Below, one piece after another: positions 39,691-51,399 of a stretch of DNA of 64,000 nt. This DNA is from Octopus sinensis (lineage: Eukaryota). The notes below the pieces were generated by a model. That model had not been told where the DNA came from and searched no databases. It saw only the letters and a list, made by a program, of their open reading frames with translations. Location: positions 38,006,001 through 38,070,000 of the forward strand of contig NC_043013.1 of assembly GCF_006345805.1 (NCBI RefSeq), in the 5' to 3' direction. How positions within the stretch are numbered: the first letter of the stretch is position 1; each line of letters begins with the position of its first letter. The position numbers and the translations under genes are program-made.

Positions 39691-40212
39691 AATATTACTG
39701 TAGCAAAGTGATATAACCTCCTTTTCTTCTCGCCCATTATTTTGATAAGTTGCATTCAAAGAGAGATGCAGACAGCAACGGTTAGGGAAGCGAAAGTGGT
39801 CAGATTGAGAAGAAAATATAACGAAATGGATATCAACATAATATCAACATAATATCAACAGATAATTTTTCAGTAGTCGTTATCTGTTGGTGGTTTTCGC
39901 TCATTATTAATTATCTTTGAATATTTAAGTTTTTAAAACAATGAAATAAGAATTCTGAAAACTTTAAAATGTCATGGATTAAAGTAAAGAAAATAGGAAA
40001 ACAATTTCGAGGCATGGATTTGATCGGAACAAAAAATTATAATTATTGGTGGCTTTCTTGTATTACTTATTGCGCCTAACAGTCAGAATTTCAATACTGC
40101 CTAGGAAAGTTTATCCTTCATGTCTCAGGGATTGATAAAAATGATATCAACCGTTATCGACTAACTCCTTCCTTACATTTTGGTCATGAGCCTGTCTTAG
40201 AAACTAATTCGA

Positions 40213-40444
40213 CAGCTTCTTCTTCTTCTTCTTCTTCTTCTTCTTCTTCTTCTTCTTCTTCTTCTTTCTTCTTCTTCTTCTTCTTCTTCTTCTTCTTCTC
40301 TTCTTCTTCTTCTTCTTCTTCTTCTTCTTTTCTTCTTCTCTTCTTCTTCTTCTTCTTCTTCTCTTCTTCTTCTTCTTCTTCTTCTTCTTCTTCTTCTTCT
40401 TCTTCTTCTTCTTCTTCTTCTTCTTCTTCTTCTTCTTCTTCTTC
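40213..40444. repeat. (CTT)n microsatellite
   Basis: Visible directly. It forms the tail of the SINE at 40445-40912. Confidence 0.95.
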
Positions 40445-40912
40445 CAATCAGGACTCACGCCATAAGCCACAAAGAATAATCTCTAATTCGAGAGCCTACT
40501 CTAAGCTACTAAGGATGCACCCACCACACGCGATAGACAGGCAGTTGCACGGGCGCGAAAGCTACGTTGTTATCCTCATTCCGTAAACGGTGGCTTTTTT
40601 TAACGGGTGGAGAGCTGAACCTTCCTGGGGCACAGAGGATTCGCAATCTAGACTAGATTCTGAAAGTTTACCACGCCATAGTGGGTTACACCATGGTTCC
40701 GCTGCTTTGTGGAAGAAGTAGGAAGAAAGAGTGAGAGAAAGTTGTGGTGAAAGATCACAACAGGGTTTACCCCAACACCCACCCACCCGCCGGAGTCTCG
40801 TGGAGCTTAGGTGTTTTTGCTCAATAAACATTCTCAATTCAAGGTCTGGGAATCGAAACCACGTTCTTACGACCGCGAGTCCACTGCTCTAACCACTGGG
40901 CCATTGCGCCTC
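40445..40912 (-). mobile_element. SINE family E with the same tail as 5995-6479
   Basis: Reverse complement of 5995-6479 with a ~20-nt indel. Confidence 0.88.
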
Positions 40913-41124
40913 AACAGCTGCTGCTGCTACTTTTGAGGCTCTCTCCGTTGCTACTATTGCTGTAGTGCTGCGGTTAAGATATCATTCACATTAGAGTATC
41001 CTTTTTTTACATATTGTATTCGAACGCCATCAACGCTGATATTGCATTTCATGCGTCCGAGATCGATAAAGTAACGAACCAATTTTCTTGCACTTTGTTT
41101 CACATTTATGTGCTTACTTGGGTA

Positions 41125-41352
41125 TATATATATTCTTTTATTGGTATCAGTCGTTTGACTTCGGCCATGCTGGAGCACCACCTTTAATCGAACAAGTCGA
41201 CCCCAAGACTTATTCTTTGTAGGCATAGTGCTCAATTTATCGGTGACTACTGCAGAACCGGTAGTTTACATAGAAATAAACATATCAACATCGGTTATCA
41301 AGCGATGGTAGGTGGAACAAACACAGACATACAAATACACATACATACATTC

Positions 41353-41394
<42 letters not shown>

Positions 41395-41460
41395 TTACGA
41401 CAGGCTTCTTTCAGTTTCCGTCTGCGATGTTGGGGGACAAACACAGATACACAACATATA
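41125..41460 (-). mobile_element. SINE family C, rearranged
   Basis: ggccatgctggagcaccacctttaatcgaacaagtcgacccc...tttcagtttccgtc. Confidence 0.7.
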
Positions 41461-41719
41461 CACACATGCATACATACATACATACATATATAAGAAATAT
41501 TGAATTTCTAAATCTCTCGTAGAGACATGTACGGTGGTGGGCGATAGAATGGTTGTATATTGTCAATCTAACAAGAACGTGACAGTAGGGGGTACATCAC
41601 CGCTGTATAGCCCTAGGAAGCATCGAACGCCTCCTGATAGCTTTGACACATTTTTTTTCCCTGTGTCCTTATATACATATACGAAGGGGAGACAAACACC
41701 CCCGGCCGCCGGAACTGCA

Positions 41720-41765
41720 TCTAGGGACACCGTGTTTCAGGATCGTTGTCCTTCATCGGCCTAGA
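41720..41765 (-). ncRNA. Type I hammerhead ribozyme motif (family 1)
   Basis: UCUAGG|CCGAUGA|AGGA-caacga-UCCU|GAAA|CACGGUG|UC|CCUAGA: 6-bp stem I, 4-bp stem II, palindromic stem III, GUC site. Confidence 0.75.
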
Positions 41766-41922
41766 GTAGCAGACACCGGTCAGCTGGTGATATTTGCCTC
41801 GACTTCGTAATTGTATATATGTATATTCAGTGAAGTCTATTCACTGATTATCAAAATAAGAAATATTGAATTTCTAAATCTCTCGTAGAGGCAAATATCA
41901 CCAGTTGACCGGTGTCTGCTAC

Positions 41923-41968
41923 TCTAGGCCGATGAAGGACAACGATCCCGAAACACGGTGTCCCTAGA
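41923..41968 (+). ncRNA. Type I hammerhead ribozyme motif (family 1), second copy
   Basis: Same as 41720-41765 except that stem II ends UCCC (A-C mismatch). Predicted cleavage is after C41962. Confidence 0.7.
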
Positions 41969-42146
41969 TGCAGTTCCGGCGGCCGGGGGTGTTTGTCTCC
42001 CCTTCGTATATGTATATAAGGACACAGGGAAAAAATGTGTCAAAGCTATCAGGAGGCGTTCGATGCTTCCTAGGGCTATACAGCGGTGGTGTACCCCCTA
42101 CTGTCACGTTCTTGTTAGATTGACAGTATACAACCATTCTATATAT

Positions 42147-42402
42147 ATATATAGAAAATAGTAAAAAGTGAAAAAACTACAGAAGGCTTGTTTTAAAAGG
42201 TTAAAAAATATATATTTGAATCAATATGTCTGAAGAATGTTATAAATTTTTTTCATACAATGCATAGTATACTATTTTATTTATATCATTGTATGAAAAA
42301 AATTTATAACATTCTTCAGACATATTGACTCAAATATATATTTTTAACCTTTTAAAACAAGCCTTCTGTGGTTTTTTTCACTTTTTACTATTTTCTATAT
42401 AT
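42147..42402. repeat. AT-rich long hairpin (arms of ~115 bp, 24-nt loop)
   Basis: 42147-42262 is the near-perfect reverse complement of 42287-42402. Confidence 0.92.
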
Positions 42403-42433
42403 TCAACCACGTTCTTTCACATACCAACTTTCT

Positions 42434-42522
<89 letters not shown>

Positions 42523-42809
42523 AAATGTAAAAAAAATACAAACTGGGACAAGAACGTAAAACATTTAGGAGACGATACAAATACCACGGACGGCACATTC
42601 GAAGCCTTCAAACTTCAGTCAAGAACCGGATCATCCTTGCAATTTCGTCTGATTAATCTTGAGATTGCTCCGATCTGGCCAGCCCCAAAGGAAAATCTAA
42701 GCCAAGCGCATTAGATTCCTTGGAAGAAAACCTCGAATGTATACAAAACAAGGACGGAAAACCGGACGATGTTGTACGAATAAAAATACAAAAATACGTA
42801 AAAACAATA

Positions 42810-42975
42810 ATGATACGACTGGATTCTTTCAGTTTCCTCTACCAAATCCACTCACAAGGCTTTGGTCGGCTAGAGGTTATAGTAGAATACACTCGCCCAA
42901 GGAGCCACGCAGAGGAACTGAACCCGGAACAATGTGGTTGGTAAGCAAGCTACGTAACACACAGCCACTCCTGTG
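42810..42975 (-). mobile_element. SINE family C head fragment
   Basis: accaaatccactcacaagg...acacagccactcctgtgcc. Confidence 0.75.
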
Positions 42976-43371
42976 CCTATATATATCTATATATATACGC
43001 ATTTGTGCGTTTGTGTATAATTATACATAAATCAGTAAAACGTTGAACAAAGTATCACTCAAAACATTTAAGAAGAGTTGCCAGTTCATAGATACCAGCA
43101 AAATCTGGATGCAGTTTCACAATCTGATGAATCCATAATTGGAAGAGCTTCGGAGTCACTGTCATCTATTTTCCTTGTGTGTGTGCGTGCGTGTGTGTGT
43201 GCGTGCGTGTGTGTGTGCTTGCGTGCGTTTGTGTGCGTGTGTGCGTGCATGAGTGCATGACTGTATCTGTGTGTATACACACACAGACACATATATATAT
43301 ATGTATGTATATATGCGCTCATATTTAGATATGCATTACGTATGTATATATGTTCATATATATATATACTC

Positions 43372-43590
43372 TTCAACTCTTTTACTTGTGTCAGTCATTT
43401 GACTGTGGCCATGCTGGAGCACCGACTTTAGTCAAGAAAATCGATCCCAGGACTTATTCTTTGTAAGCCTAGTACTTATTCTATCGGTCACTTTTGCCTA
43501 ACAGCTAAGTTACGAGGACGTAAACACACCAGCATCGATTGTCAAGCGATGTTGGGGGACAACCACAGACACACAAGCCTATACAGACAC

Positions 43591-43634
<44 letters not shown>

Positions 43635-43790
43635 GACAAACTTCTTTCAGTTTTCCGTCTACCAAATCCACTCATGTTAGGTCGGCCCTAGGCTATAGTA
43701 GAAGACACATGTCCAAGGTGCCACGCAGTGAGACTGAACCCAGAACCTTGTGGTTGGTAAGCAAGCTACTTACCACACAGTCACTCCTAC
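43372..43790 (-). mobile_element. SINE family C, complete
   Basis: Reverse-complement homologue of 36758-37165. Confidence 0.85.
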
Positions 43791-43795
43791 ATGCA

Positions 43796-43831
<36 letters not shown>

Positions 43832-43885
43832 TGTATGTATGTATTTATTCAATATAAGGTTTTTCCTTGAATTTTATAATCTTTA

Positions 43886-43945
<60 letters not shown>

Positions 43946-44235
43946 ATTTTGAGCTAATTTTTGTTTATCGCTCGAAGATTGACCGTTATTTCTAAAGGGC
44001 CAATCAAACAAGTCCATTTTTTAAAGGTGTAGCGTTTGTAATAGTCTGGATAGAATTGACATATCGGTTCCATTCTAGCAAAAACTGTCCGATGAACAGG
44101 TTTTGTTGAATTTTCTGCTGCTTTAAATAAAGCATATATATATATATATATACTTATGTATTTTATTGTGTTTAACAACCCCTTACGGGGAGATTGCTTC
44201 CTCTAATTATATATATAATATATATATATATATAT

Positions 44236-44267
<32 letters not shown>

Positions 44268-44276
44268 ATATATATA

Positions 44277-44505
44277 CAGGATGGTGCAAAATTAGGTATA
44301 CAGTTATGAAAAAGAAAACACGTACAGTTACGATAAGATTAAAAGTTACGATAAAAGCATTATCATAGTTATGGTAGATGTATTATGATTAATGACACTG
44401 AAAATATCAAAAATGAGCCTAATTTAATTTACTAATAATCTTAATGAATTATTTATTATGATATTGATATAATGCTTTCTGTATACTTACATTTGCAACG
44501 CGACG
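44277..44505. mobile_element. Tc1/mariner-type MITE (TA-flanked, ~27-bp degenerate TIRs)
   Basis: ta|caggatggtgcaaaattaggtatacag ... ctgtatacttacatttgcaacgcgacg|ta. A homologous left end lies at 52795. Confidence 0.6.
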
Positions 44506-45084
44506 TATATATAACTACATATCTATCTATATACATACATGGACATATGGACATATTTATATATATTTATGAAAATTTTCAAATATTTATATGTATGTGT
44601 ATGTTCTGAAAGTTAGGTAAAATCAGGAGCCGTTATGGAATGACATTATGCCAACGACCAATGTGTAATGCCAGCTGTTTTCTTGACCACAAATGACATG
44701 GCAGAAAATATCTCGTATATTATTAACCAAGCAGTTGTCTCGATACCTGTGTCCGAAGAATTAATGAATAAATGAAAGGCGGAAGGAAAGAAAGATTGAA
44801 TGAGGTAATTAAATAATTAATTACCTAATTAATTAATGCCTTCTTAAATATTTGAAATGCTGCAGTTTAATGAGAATCAGATATGAAACAAAGTTGCTTC
44901 TTCCTCACCCTCTCCCTCCGACTCTTTTTCTCATTTCTCTTTCTCTCCCACTGACAGGCTCTCTTTATGTGTGTCTGTGTGTGTTGTGTGTATGCATGCA
45001 GGTATGTAATTATAAATGTATGTAGACATGTGTGTGTGTGTGTATGTATTAGCTTGGTGACTGATATTACAGAGTTGCTACATC

Positions 45085-45215
45085 AGACGGTAGATGTCGT
45101 TGAATAAACAAGTGGTTGGTGCGGCATTTAAATACATTAATGGATCTAGACAGTCGGAAATCAACTGAAAGGGCATTCCAATATTTGGGGGCGTGGGGAG
45201 CGAAGAGGCAACGAC
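45085..45215 (-). mobile_element. L2/CR1-group LINE 3' coding remnant
   Basis: APKYWNALSVDFRLSRSINVFKCRTNHLF resembles the conserved WN-x-LP...FK...K-T-H-LF C-terminus. Confidence 0.55.
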
Positions 45216-46203
45216 AGGGAGAAAAAGAGGGAAAAGAGACAGACAGAAAGAGGGACAAACAGAAGTAGACAAGAATAGAAAATTGTCAGAGGAGTACTAA
45301 ATAAGTAAACGGTCAATGTCAACCAACGCAGAACACAATGATACAGCGATGAGGTTTCAATTCCCCTGTTATGCTAGCAGTATTATATTATACGGCTAAC
45401 GAACCGAGATGCCATTGTATGTGCAGCTACTGGATCCTTTTAGAAGTAGTAATCAAGTGTCCCCTAAATCAGGCCTTAATTATCTTAAAATGAGGTTTGA
45501 CATATTGAATGCTGTTGGCCATAGCTTGAAGGTCTGTGATCGAAGAACTTCAGATTCCAGAGAATCCAGAGAGATTTCTACAGCAAAATATGGCCGATCG
45601 CAAGTAGACAAGAGGATATTTAAGTGGTCGCTCGGTGTGCTAGATATAACAGCAAAATCTCATTAAACCTCTTCTAGAATGAAGAATACGTAGATAATAT
45701 TGTCTTAGATGCATTATATTTCGAAATAATAATGAGATGTTGTTGAATGGAGCGCCTTTGTCGATTAGGACAAAATCAGGGTAAAGCAACAGCCGAAAGA
45801 ATTTACGCTTGCAAAATGTTTCGGAAAGATATTTACGTTCCATTTTTTTCTTTTCTTTTTCTTTTACCTACACCTTGGCGAAGGGATGGGGGTATTGTTT
45901 TCAGTCGTGTTTGTTTGTTTGTTGGTTTGTCGTGGGAAAAACTAACTCAAGAATTGCTGGGTGGATTCAGATGAAACGTTCAGGGATGTTTAGCCTCGTG
46001 ACTGGCACGAACTGATTAGATTTTGGGATCGATCCGGTGCCGGACAAAGATTCTGGATTATTTTTCCTATTTAATTACATAATTTTTGAGAGCGATCGGG
46101 ATCATTTTTAGTATTTTCGTTTGTGAGAGCATTCTAGATTTTTCGTCTTTTCGTTTTTCTTGTTTCAGCTCAGAGCTGCGGCCATGCTGATGCACCGCCG
46201 TTT

Positions 46204-46214
46204 AAAAAAAAAAA
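46204..46214 (-). terminator. Pol III oligo-T terminator of tRNA-Gly
   Basis: An 11-T run on the minus strand, 9 nt downstream of the discriminator base. Confidence 0.8.
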
Positions 46215-46223
46215 GCTATCGCC

Positions 46224-46295
46224 TGCGTCGGCCGGGAGTCGAACCCGGATCGACTGCTTGGAAGGCAACTATGCTAACCGTTACACCACCGACAC
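46224..46295 (-). tRNA. trnG: tRNA-Gly (anticodon TCC)
   Basis: GTGTCGGTGGTGTAACGGTTAGCATAGTTGCCTTCCAAGCAGTCGATCCGGGTTCGACTCCCGGCCGACGCA: 72 nt, cloverleaf, intact A and B boxes. Confidence 0.93.
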
Positions 46296-46757
46296 TGATA
46301 TTTTCATTTTAAAAGTCATCTCTGGCTAATCGTTGAAAGGACGTTGGTGTTGCTTTGGCGGCGGTTTGCGCTCTCTGAGCTTTCTTGTTTTTATCATTTT
46401 TGTTCTTAAGGAGGCGAGCTGGCTGAAATCTTTCGCCGCCAGACACAATAACAAGTGGCATTTCCATCTTTATGCTCTGAGTTCAAATTCCACCGAGGTC
46501 AACTTTGTCTTTCATCCTTTCGGGGGCTGATAAAATATGTGCCAATTGAATACGGGAATCAATGATTAAATTGCGAAACTGATCGGCTATTATTTTTTAT
46601 TATATTGATTGTGGGCCACCAAAACGATAAAAAATAAATGACACCTATGTTTAGTTTTCAAATTAAAACGTGAAAAATGTAATAGAGTATAAATATTCTC
46701 AGAGTGTTCATCACTAGCTGATCTTAACCGTTTGAAATGTAATTATTACTACCACAG

Positions 46758-47240
46758 TGGAGGCGCAATGGCCCAGTGGTTAGTACAGCGGAGTCGCGGT
46801 TTCAATTCTCAGACCGGACAGACTGGGCTCGATATAATCGACTTAATCCGTTTGTCTGTCCTTGTTTGTCCTCTCTGTGTTTAGCCCCTTGTGGGTAGTA
46901 AAGAAATAGGTATTTCGTCTGCCACTAAGTTCTGAGTTCAAATTCCGCCGAGGTCGACTTTGCCTTTCATCCTTTCGGGTCGATTAAATAAGTACCAGTT
47001 ACGCATTGGGGTCGATATAATCGACTTAATCCGTTTGTCTGTCCTTGTTTGTCCTCTCTGTGTTTAGCCCCTTGTGGGTAGTAAAGAAATAGGTATTTCG
47101 TCTGTCTTTACGAGGTCGACTTTGCATTTCATCCTTTCGGGGTCGATAAATTAAGTACCAGTTATATACTGGGGTCAATCTAATCGACCAGTACTCTTCC
47201 CCCCAAAATTTCGGGCTTTGTGCCTAGAGTAGAAAAGAAT
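46758..47240 (+). mobile_element. SINE E head joined to tandem SINE B bodies (183-bp period)
   Basis: gatataatcgacttaatccg occurs at 46831 and 47014. Confidence 0.8.
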
Positions 47241-47606
47241 ATACGTTCTCTCATTTTTTCATGCATTGACATCAACATGCATACTTTGCTTAAATCCTTT
47301 CCGCATTGTTCAAACATTTCTGCAAATATTCCTCTCCTACACAACTACGTCTATATATAAATATATATATATGTGTGAGTTCTTGTAGATGAGGTTGTGT
47401 GCGCGTGTGTGTGTCTGTATGTATGTGTGAGACAGAATAAACTTGAAGTGCGTGGCCACATAACTATAAACACGTGTATTTTATTTGAAGTATAATAATG
47501 AATTACGATGGTACACCACCTCTTCAAATTTGTGGTGGAACAGTATAATTCAGTCAATAATTTGAAGCATATAACTGGTACATTTTTTTATTGACCACTG
47601 CGAGAC

Positions 47607-47695
<89 letters not shown>

Positions 47696-48579
47696 GTTCG
47701 GCCCAGGCTAGATTTGAATTCAGAATATAAACATTTTTTACTATGATACTGAAAACAAGATTTAGTTCAATTTCCCGTCATACTACAAGACAAAACCAGC
47801 TTTTATAGTATTTTATTTTAAAGTTTTTGTAAAAAGTTTAAATATTCCCATGGGCAAAACAAGTTTACTCACCATAGTCAGAGAGGTGCCGCTATAAAAT
47901 TAAAGCCGCTACACATACTTTTATTATTATCCTTACATTAACTATACTTTCATGAAGAATTGCGCAATCGGGCAGATTTCATCATGGGACTCGTATATGA
48001 TCAGCTAAGATCTTATTTTTAACGTTTTTTTTTTAAACGAATCATGAAGGGTCTAAGCAATAACTATCCACTTCTTGCTCTCTGTCTGCACAGTTTAATA
48101 CCAAAAGGGCTATAAATTCAATTTATCTGAAAGATGAAACAATAAAGGAGTCAAATATAATTTTTTATGACGTATAAATGAAACCTATCTTCCTTCAGCA
48201 AGTAGGAACTTCTCACCCGTTTGAAAGGACATGGTATCATATGATATAGCAAAGACAACACAACTCTTTGTAGGCAATAACTCCTTTGTATTTACTGTGA
48301 GGTTTTTGTAGTCTTTTTTTTAAAAAAAAAAACTTATCCAAACAGTATTAAAATGTTCCCCAATGACTAATATGTTACTCTGAAGCGTTACAACGGTGAG
48401 TTAATGCGGATATGTATATACAGTATATGTATATATGTATATGCCTATATGTGGATGTGTGTTTATGGATATCATAAATTTTTTGAGCATAAATGCGTTT
48501 CTGGACCGTTTGGAGTAAATACATAATACGTAATACATATAGATACCTACATACATATATATCATAATGTATATGTATG

Positions 48580-48617
<38 letters not shown>

Positions 48618-48736
48618 CATACATACATAAATACATATATGTATATAACACGCGTGCGCGCACTCACATATGTATATATATATAATATATGTAATCGTAT
48701 CATATATTATAGATATGCATGTATATACGTTTATAT

Positions 48737-48768
<32 letters not shown>

Positions 48769-48771
48769 CAG

Positions 48772-48822
<51 letters not shown>

Positions 48823-48929
48823 ATATATATGTATATATATATATTATATATATATACACATATACTTTACACATGCACCACACAACACATACATACATAC
48901 ACCCATATACATAAACACCCACAACCCAC

Positions 48930-50300
48930 ATACTCCTATACGCACATACATACACACAGACATACACACATACACACTCACCACAACATACACACACACA
49001 TACTTACACACACACTCACCTGCACGCGCACACACATGCATGACAAACACCCATACACTCACACTCACATACGCACACACCAACTAAACACGCACACGCA
49101 CACGCGCACACACACACCTACACTCCCACACACATACACACGCACCTACATACACACACGCACGCATACACACGCATACACACATACATTACACACGTAC
49201 AACACAACCTACATACACATGCATACACACACACACAAACATGCACGGACACACCCAGACATACACACATACACCTATATACACACGCCCACACACCTAC
49301 AACACACACATATACACACGCCCACACACCTACATACACACACATACATACACACACATACACGGACACACCCATACATACTTACATACATACACCTATA
49401 CACACACGCCTACACACCTACATACACACACATGCATACACCACACACAACATGTACGCACATACACACACATATACGCACATACATATATACCCACACC
49501 ACATGCACAACACACACATACGCACATGCATGCATGCATGCATGCACACGCGCACACCTACACGCATACACACACACACACGCACGTACACATACATACA
49601 TACACACACGCATACATACACCCATACACATACATGCATCCTACACACACATACATACCACTCACACATACATACACACACACACACTCACTCACACACC
49701 TGTATGTACGCGCACACACATGCACATACACACACTTCCCCACACCCACACGTACATACATACACACTCACACACATACACACACACACACACGGACATA
49801 CATCTATGCACACACATACATACACACATACTCACATACATTCATCGGACACACTGCCACCCGGACATACACACAGACACACTCACACATCCACACACAT
49901 ACATACTTACGCACATACTCGCAGGCGCGCGCACGCACGCGCTTGCGCCGGTTCGCGCACGCATACGCTCCGCAGGCACCTCGCTCTTGGAACCGACAAG
50001 ACCTCCCGCCCGTTCCTGGGACCGTCGCGTGTCGTTGGGTTTTCCCACGCCCGCCTCCGCGGGACCACTCTTCCATCTTCCCCTCAGCTGGAGTCCTTTT
50101 TCCTTAAACCCCCCTTTTTCGTTACATACACGCGCACACATATACACACATTGCTTAAATATATACATTACTCTTACACACATTCAATCTACTCGCCATT
50201 TATACCACCACGACACTGGACACACACACACACTACTACTCAACACACGCTGGCACGCTACATACGCCCCACCCCTTCCCCTCCCCCCCTTCCTCCTTCC
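48930..50300. repeat. Long degenerate (CA/TACA)n low-complexity tract
   Basis: Visible directly. It accounts for the 549-aa His/Thr-rich ORF. Confidence 0.92.
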
Positions 50301-50609
50301 TTCTTTTTCTTACTACTGACCTTTGTCTGCTAAGCTGACCATTGTCTCGCCCTACCTCACACGCCTACACACAGACGCACACACTAACACACACATATAT
50401 ATTTTTTTGTTTTTTCATCTCGCCTCACACACACACATACACACACGCACACGCACACACTCACACATACACACACATCTGTTGCGTTACCAACCTTGTC
50501 TCCACTCTTTTGCCTTTAAAAACCCACTTTGCTCTGTTTTCGTAAACATCCGCCTTTCACCATGTGCAACTCGTAAACACCAGTCGTCTTTTTTCTCTTT
50601 CCCTGTTGC

Positions 50610-50780
50610 CCGCTCTGGGATCTTTCTTTCCTCTCTCTTCCTTCTTTATGTTTCCGACGAAGAGCTCCGCTCGAAACGTCATACCTCCCTGCTTCCATCT
50701 CCTGAGCGCCTATTAATAATAATACTGTAATTGTTCCATTGTTGTTGTTTTTTTGTTTCCCGTTTGGATTAAAATTATAT
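50610..50780 (+). mobile_element. Penelope-like terminal-repeat fragment (homologue of 32170-32330)
   Basis: Shared ccgacgaagagctccgctcgaaacgt...cctgagcg...gtttggatta. Confidence 0.65.
50650..50684 (+). ncRNA. Minimal type I hammerhead ribozyme motif (family 2)
   Basis: GUUU|CCGACGA|A-GAGC-ucc-GCUC|GAAA|CG|UC|AUAC. Confidence 0.62.
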
Positions 50781-51399
50781 ATATATATATATATATACAA
50801 AATATGGGGGTTTAGTTCACAGGTGATCTAAACGATTAGGTGCGCTAAGTAAGTGCTGTAACGGATTACATATGTGCGTGTGTGTGTGTACACACATCCA
50901 TACGTACATACGTATATATATAACATATAGTATACATTCACACACATATACACATGCACACATCCTTGTGTATACGTGTGCATCTGTCTGCACGTCTGGA
51001 AGTACGAATAATTGCGCGTATAGCTATGTATCTACGCTGAACAATGGTGGTAAATTCCTGTAATGGTGATTAGCGATGTGGTTTCGGTTATTGGTTGGGC
51101 TAAGGCATACAACTCGGTCTCCATGCCCTTTTTGGGTTTCCTACTAGAGACGTTTTGAAATATCATACCTACTGTGTACACTTCGCTGATATATTTGTTA
51201 AGGCAAATTTTAGCACTCACACTGGACTTATGATTGATAGTTATATTATATTTAGCCCTGTATGATCAAATTGTAATTTTATGAAGATGTTAATGTTAAA
51301 TTTCCGGAATATATTTCTGTAATTTTTAATAGGGATGGCCAACACCCAAACTCTCTGCGCAGCTTGTTGATATTATATCATTGACAAATAATACAATTG

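Larger units (their letters stand above)
41544..42142. mobile_element. Inverted pair of ~256-bp Penelope-like terminal repeats
   Basis: Arms 41544-41800 and 41888-42142 differ at about five sites by eye. A 33-bp direct repeat occurs at 41492-41524 and 41858-41890. Each arm carries a hammerhead motif. Confidence 0.8.
45864..46388 (+). mobile_element. Helentron-associated non-autonomous element (HINE-like)
   Basis: 5' acctacacc-tt-ggcgaagg hairpin/subTIR, (GTTT)n tract, 3' subTIR ggcggcggt, terminal stem-loop gctc-tct-gagc, and T-rich flanks. Confidence 0.55.

Noticed and set aside
45600-45845. Possible LTR-retrotransposon integrase remnant (PDFVLIDKGAPF)
   Set aside because: A single short resemblance with no supporting upstream or downstream motifs.
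48670-50319. 549-aa His/Thr/Tyr-rich ORF
   Set aside because: It is a translation of degenerate CA/TACA repeats, which lack stop codons in several frames. No domain signal.
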